64,000 nucleotides of DNA from a virus (taxonomy: Duplodnaviria > Caudoviricetes), in IMG/VR virus record IMGVR_UViG_3300035498_000877, positions 128,001-192,000 of that record; one strand, given 5' to 3'. Each line of letters starts with the position of its first letter. Position 1 is the stretch's first letter. Positions 59,643 to 64,000 of this stretch are shown here, piece after piece. The notes under the pieces were generated by a model. That model was not told the DNA's origin. It did not search any database and saw only the letters and a program-made list of their open reading frames with translations. Made by a program: the position numbers and the translations under genes.

Positions 59643-60803
59643 ATGGAAAACAAAAATGTAGGCATTATAGGAATTGGTAACTGTGGTTGCCAAATCGCAA
59701 ATTTAGCCGAGAAGAAGTATCCGACTCTATTTGATTGTATTTATTTTAATACATCATCAGATGATCTCGCTATGGTATCAACAGATACTGGACTAAAGTT
59801 CAAATTAGGAGATGAAGACATTAAAGGATCAGCTAAAATTAGATCTAAATCATTTGAGTATTTTGAGAAAGAACTTCCTCAAATTATATCAAACGAAGCA
59901 ATCCAAAATGTAATTCTAGAAAAGAGTCATATATTTATCATTACTTCTGTAGCAGGTGGTACAGGATCCGGAGCTGCACCAGCTATGCATAAGATAATGA
60001 GTAATCTGTTCCCTGACGTGAATTTCATTATGGTGGCTATTCTTCCTAAACAGGAGTCATCAGAATTAGAGTTGGAAAACTCATTAGAGTTCTTAGAAGA
60101 CCTATATGAAAATCTTGGAACAGATATCACATATATGATGTATGATAATGAGACTACATGCAACGAGAAGGGATCATTATCTTTAACTAAAGTAAATGAA
60201 AATGTAGTTGAAGATATCAGGATTCTTACAGGTGTAGATAATTATCCAACACCATTTGAGAGCATTGATGCGGCAGATATGGATTCACTTCTTACAACTC
60301 CTGGCAGGTTATTAGTTGCCAGAATAAATAAAGGTGTAACTGAGAAAGCTATGGAAGATAATAAACTTGATGAGATCATTATTAAGAGCATTAAGTCTTC
60401 ATGTCATGCAGAGACTGACAGGAATAAGAAAGTTGTTAGATGGGGAGTTGTAACATATTTCACTGAAGATGTGAATAATTTGTATGTTGCGAGTTTGGAT
60501 GCATTGAAGGAATTCTTGGGAACTCCAGTAGAAAGATTTAACCACAATGCAATCAATTCTGGCAAAGAGGATATGAACTTTATATATCTGATTGCCGCAG
60601 GATTATCACCAATTAATGATAGAGCTGTTAAGATTAAAGAAAGAATTGAATATCTCAAAGAACAGAAGGCTGATAATAATAGTTATGTATTATCAGGTAC
60701 TTCTACAAACACAAATGAGAATAGAAAGAATCTTAATAACAAAACTAATACTTCAGGTGAAATAAATTCACAAGAGCTTTTAGCTTCACTGAGAAGAAAA
60801 TAA
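59643..60803 (+). CDS. Tubulin/FtsZ-family GTPase (PhuZ/TubZ/FtsZ-like)
   Basis: GIIGIGNCGCQIA, FNTS, SVAGGTGSGA signature, DNE, T7-loop SIDAAD. Confidence 0.9.
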   Translation: MENKNVGIIGIGNCGCQIANLAEKKYPTLFDCIYFNTSSDDLAMVSTDTGLKFKLGDEDIKGSAKIRSKSFEYFEKELPQIISNEAIQNVILEKSHIFIITSVAGGTGSGAAPAMHKIMSNLFPDVNFIMVAILPKQESSELELENSLEFLEDLYENLGTDITYMMYDNETTCNEKGSLSLTKVNENVVEDIRILTGVDNYPTPFESIDAADMDSLLTTPGRLLVARINKGVTEKAMEDNKLDEIIIKSIKSSCHAETDRNKKVVRWGVVTYFTEDVNNLYVASLDALKEFLGTPVERFNHNAINSGKEDMNFIYLIAAGLSPINDRAVKIKERIEYLKEQKADNNSYVLSGTSTNTNENRKNLNNKTNTSGEINSQELLASLRRK

Positions 60804-60811
60804 AATTCTGG

Positions 60812-60837
60812 TAGAGAGGGAATAAAATCCCTCTCTA
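60812..60837 (+). terminator. Terminator hairpin
   Basis: TAGAGAGGGA...TCCCTCTCTA. Confidence 0.65.
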
Positions 60838-60879
60838 TCAATCACTTTTTTAAGTAACTAAATTAAAGGAGGCAAGTAA

Positions 60880-63192
60880 ATGAAATTAATCAAAAACATT
60901 AAAGACTGGAGCAAAGATAAATTATATAAAAATATATTAACTCCAGTTGATGATTTGATAGATCAAAATTTAAATGATATATCAACCACCATTGGATCAT
61001 TTGTAATAAGATCTGTTAGGGGAAAATTTCAACGTTCTATTACTATTCCAATTGGAGGTCAAAATTCATATAATAAATGGATGGAAGATGCATTGTATGA
61101 AATATTATATGAATGGAATAATATTAAAAGTGCTAGTAGATTAGAATTATCTGCAGGTAGTAGAGCAAGAGATAAAGATGTAATATACTATAGACTTGAT
61201 GATGGAACTCATAATTTGAAGTATAGAAATTTTAATATACTTCTGCATATTCAATCATCAACAGTATCTGTGACAAATATGAGATCTTCAACAATGAAAA
61301 TCTATACTATTATCACATATGATTTATCACCTGATTTTGTTGTTAAATTTGAGAATGATATGCTCAAACATCGAAATTCATTATTGAAAATAAATAAAGA
61401 TCTTCCAACAGTAAATCTATATCAAGATTATCATGAGTCAGATGGTTATACGTATTGGGAATCATGTGGTAAGATTAGTAAGAGAAGACTTGGCACAATA
61501 TATTTGCCATATGATCAAAAGAAACAGATTGTTGATACCGTAAATGAATTCGTTTGTAATAAAGAATATTACCGCAAACATGGTATTGTTCATAATTTAA
61601 AAATTCTTTTATATGGGGAGCCGGGTCCACAACCAGTTTCTGAGATAATTCCAACTCCAGATGGTATGAGAATATTTGGTGATATAATGCCAGGTGATAT
61701 GGTATTTGGACCTGATGGAAATCCTACTGAAGTAGAAGAAGTTTATGAATATACACATTTGGATGTGTATACTGTTCTATTAGGTGATGGACGTAGGATT
61801 AGATGTGCTGGTGAGCATAAATGGCCAATAATAACAAATGATGGTAATATCATTGAGAAAAGCGTAGATGAATTACATGCAGAAAGATTGTATGATGAAT
61901 CAAGCAATCCAAGATTCTATATGCCTTTAGGTAAAGCTGCCCAATATCCAGAAAAAGAATTACCTGTAGATCCATGGGTACTCGGCGTTATTCTAGGATG
62001 TTGCAACTTTAGTAATCCGGATCAATTATCAATAAATACACAGCATGAGCAAATCGCAAATGCAGTTGCATTTATATTAGAGCTTGATGTTAAATCATTT
62101 GGTGATGATACTTGGTATTTCTATAATAAAGATGGATCAGCAGTAAGTACAAAAGAGTTCTTCTCAAATATACCAGAAATATATCAACTTTATGATGGCA
62201 ATGATCATTTTGATCAAATAGAGTATAATATATTTATTCCTGATTATTATATATTCAATTCAAAGATTAATAGATTACAATTAATTAGAGGATTGATGGA
62301 TGCAAGAGGCAAATTTAATGAAATTACAAATCCAAATGTAAATCCGAAGAATCATCTTATATTCTATTCAACTTCAAAGAAATTATGTTCACAAGTAACA
62401 TTTATTATTAGAAGCCTAGGATATATGTGTAAAGATAATGAATACTCAACCATTATTTGTTGGAATGGAGATAAGTATTTATTCTATCAAGAATTAAAAG
62501 AAGATGATAAGAATTATGAAGAAGAATCTGTTAGATCAATAGCTATTATAGATATCATAGAGATGTTTTATAAAGAAAATATGCATTGCCTCCATGTAAA
62601 GAATGATAAGCATATGTATCAAACTACAGATTTTGCTGTAACATTTAATACCGGCAAAGATAGCATAGCTAAAATGATTGCTTCAGAATGGAATAGGGAA
62701 ATCTACTATATCAAAGGCGGCAAAGATGGTAGGTTTATACCACATGCTTTAACTGATGTTGATGATAATATCAGGTATCCTTTGTATTTGATTTCTGATA
62801 TTGATAAGTATCCATATCTTATCAATGAACCAGATATAAATATTACTGATGGAGAAGCAAAGGAAGATGCAATAAAACAGAAACAATTATTTGGTGAAAT
62901 GATTAATGCACTTGATGGAGTATTATCTAATGAAGATGCTATTATAATAATGACAACAAATCATATTGAGAAGTTTTCTGATACTTTCCTGAGACCAGGA
63001 AGAGTTGATCTTAAAATGTATATTTCATATGTCACTCCAGAGGTATTCAGAAAATATGTATTTGATTTTTATCATGTAGAATTACCAAAAGATATTAAAA
63101 TCAAAGATAAGATAACGGTTGCTATGATGCAATTTGATGTTGTATTTATGAAATTACCTGTAGATGAATTTGTAAAGAAATATACTCTATAA
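60880..63192 (+). CDS. BCS1-like AAA+ ATPase containing an intein
   Basis: After removing the intein: ILLYGEPG|TGKD, SDID, INALDG, IIIMTTNH, LRPGRVD. Confidence 0.85.
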   Translation: MKLIKNIKDWSKDKLYKNILTPVDDLIDQNLNDISTTIGSFVIRSVRGKFQRSITIPIGGQNSYNKWMEDALYEILYEWNNIKSASRLELSAGSRARDKDVIYYRLDDGTHNLKYRNFNILLHIQSSTVSVTNMRSSTMKIYTIITYDLSPDFVVKFENDMLKHRNSLLKINKDLPTVNLYQDYHESDGYTYWESCGKISKRRLGTIYLPYDQKKQIVDTVNEFVCNKEYYRKHGIVHNLKILLYGEPGPQPVSEIIPTPDGMRIFGDIMPGDMVFGPDGNPTEVEEVYEYTHLDVYTVLLGDGRRIRCAGEHKWPIITNDGNIIEKSVDELHAERLYDESSNPRFYMPLGKAAQYPEKELPVDPWVLGVILGCCNFSNPDQLSINTQHEQIANAVAFILELDVKSFGDDTWYFYNKDGSAVSTKEFFSNIPEIYQLYDGNDHFDQIEYNIFIPDYYIFNSKINRLQLIRGLMDARGKFNEITNPNVNPKNHLIFYSTSKKLCSQVTFIIRSLGYMCKDNEYSTIICWNGDKYLFYQELKEDDKNYEEESVRSIAIIDIIEMFYKENMHCLHVKNDKHMYQTTDFAVTFNTGKDSIAKMIASEWNREIYYIKGGKDGRFIPHALTDVDDNIRYPLYLISDIDKYPYLINEPDINITDGEAKEDAIKQKQLFGEMINALDGVLSNEDAIIIMTTNHIEKFSDTFLRPGRVDLKMYISYVTPEVFRKYVFDFYHVELPKDIKIKDKITVAMMQFDVVFMKLPVDEFVKKYTL
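61627..62649 (+). mobile_element. Class 3 intein (Pro1) with degenerate LAGLIDADG endonuclease, 341 aa
   Basis: PQPVSEIIPTPDG (block A), CAGEHKW (block B, His and Trp), MHCLHV (block F Cys), AVTFN|T (block G). Confidence 0.88.
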
Positions 63193-63255
63193 CAAACAAT
63201 ATAGTAGTGGGGTTTATCCTCACTACTATAATTCTTTTAATAGGAGGGACTAAAA

Positions 63256-63834
63256 ATGAAACTATTCTCTGATAAATTGAGGGAAGCTGGTATTAGTTCA
63301 TTTTCTTCATTTGAAGATCTATTTAATATAACAAATAATATTATTAACTCAAATGTGACTCATCTAATTCCAGTATGTGATCCAAGTGATAGTATGTCAT
63401 ACATGAGATATGATGAGATGGCTACTATAAGTCAATATAGTACTATAGAATTCATTCAAGCTGTGTATGTTGAGATCAGAATTGATTCTGACAGTATGTA
63501 TATGAAATTTAATCGTTCATGTATCAATCCTTTGAATAATGGAATCAATGCTAAGATATATCCAATATTCTCTATCAATTTCACAGATGCCGATCTTGGT
63601 AATAAGAAATCAGTATCTATGTTTGATGGTGGTAATGATTATTTGATCAGTCTACTAAAATATGATGTAGAAGGTAGAGCTGTTATATGCGATGCTATTC
63701 ATATTGATAAGAAAGATCAATTATCAATATTAGCAGCAACAGAATTAAGACTATCCAATCCTGAACGATATAATATGTTTGGGGTTGAAGAAATATTTGA
63801 TTCTCTTGGGATATCATTTAGACTATCAAATTAG
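63256..63834 (+). CDS. Hypothetical protein
   Basis: AGGAGG RBS; 192 aa. Confidence 0.7.
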   Translation: MKLFSDKLREAGISSFSSFEDLFNITNNIINSNVTHLIPVCDPSDSMSYMRYDEMATISQYSTIEFIQAVYVEIRIDSDSMYMKFNRSCINPLNNGINAKIYPIFSINFTDADLGNKKSVSMFDGGNDYLISLLKYDVEGRAVICDAIHIDKKDQLSILAATELRLSNPERYNMFGVEEIFDSLGISFRLSN

Positions 63835-63856
63835 GAGGGAATAATTCCCTTCTAAT

Positions 63857-63987
63857 TTTTTATCGCATATTATATCAGATTAATGATATATTCTAATAGT
63901 GTAATAAGATAAGAGTAAGTTATCATTATTACATAAAAACTGAATATAGTATATTAATTATCTAAGGAGGATTTAATCATGAGTAAT
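63857..63987 (+). repeat. Promoter-leader-RBS cassette, copy 2
   Basis: Inverted near-identical copy of 51901-52031, preceded by a terminator hairpin at 63829-63857. Confidence 0.9.
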
Positions 63988-64000
63988 AAGTATGATGTTA
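63979..64000 (+). CDS. Start of an ORF running off the window (MSNKYDV...)
   Basis: AAGGAGG RBS within the duplicated cassette. Confidence 0.6.

Noticed and set aside
1151-60658. Numerous 60-145 aa ORFs antisense to or nested within long genes (e.g. 1853..2176, 6880..7203, 22091..22465, 41826..42260, 51743..51934, 53377..53721)
   Set aside because: Shadow ORFs with no RBS, overlapping well-supported genes.
23755-63206. AR9-type late promoter AACA-N6-TA (matches at 23755-23766 minus and 63195-63206 plus)
   Set aside because: Only two clear upstream matches of a short AT-rich motif; not distinguishable from chance by eye.

Overview
This is a very AT-rich, gene-dense 64 kb segment of a jumbo myovirus genome related to the phiKZ/AR9(PBS1) group. 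Strong AGGAGG Shine-Dalgarno sites suggest a Bacillota host (inference). The genetic code is standard. Structural genes include tail-tube/baseplate proteins (gp48/54-, gp6-, gp25-, gp27-like), four related tail-fibre genes, an Mtd/C-type-lectin-like receptor-binding gene split by a one-base frameshift, and a 2665-aa virion protein. A stand-alone C-terminal fragment of a split multisubunit RNA polymerase beta subunit is present. Replication genes include GyrA-type topoisomerase, NAD-dependent ligase, SF2 helicase, a FEN-like nuclease, primase and an HU-like protein, plus an FtsZ/tubulin homologue and a BCS1-like AAA ATPase. The most striking item is a 994-aa protein with about 88 Cys in C-x-x-x periodicity, followed by a coupled 89-aa ORF, reminiscent of radical-SAM CXXX-repeat modification systems. 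Other notable items: a Pro1 class-3 intein in the AAA P-loop; a ~130-bp terminator-promoter-leader-RBS cassette duplicated in inverted orientation 12 kb apart; a nested-palindrome non-coding element at 50.5 kb; a catalytically dead RecD/Dda-like helicase; two unannotated micropeptides; and a duplicated two-gene module. All calls come from motif recognition by eye; no searches were run.
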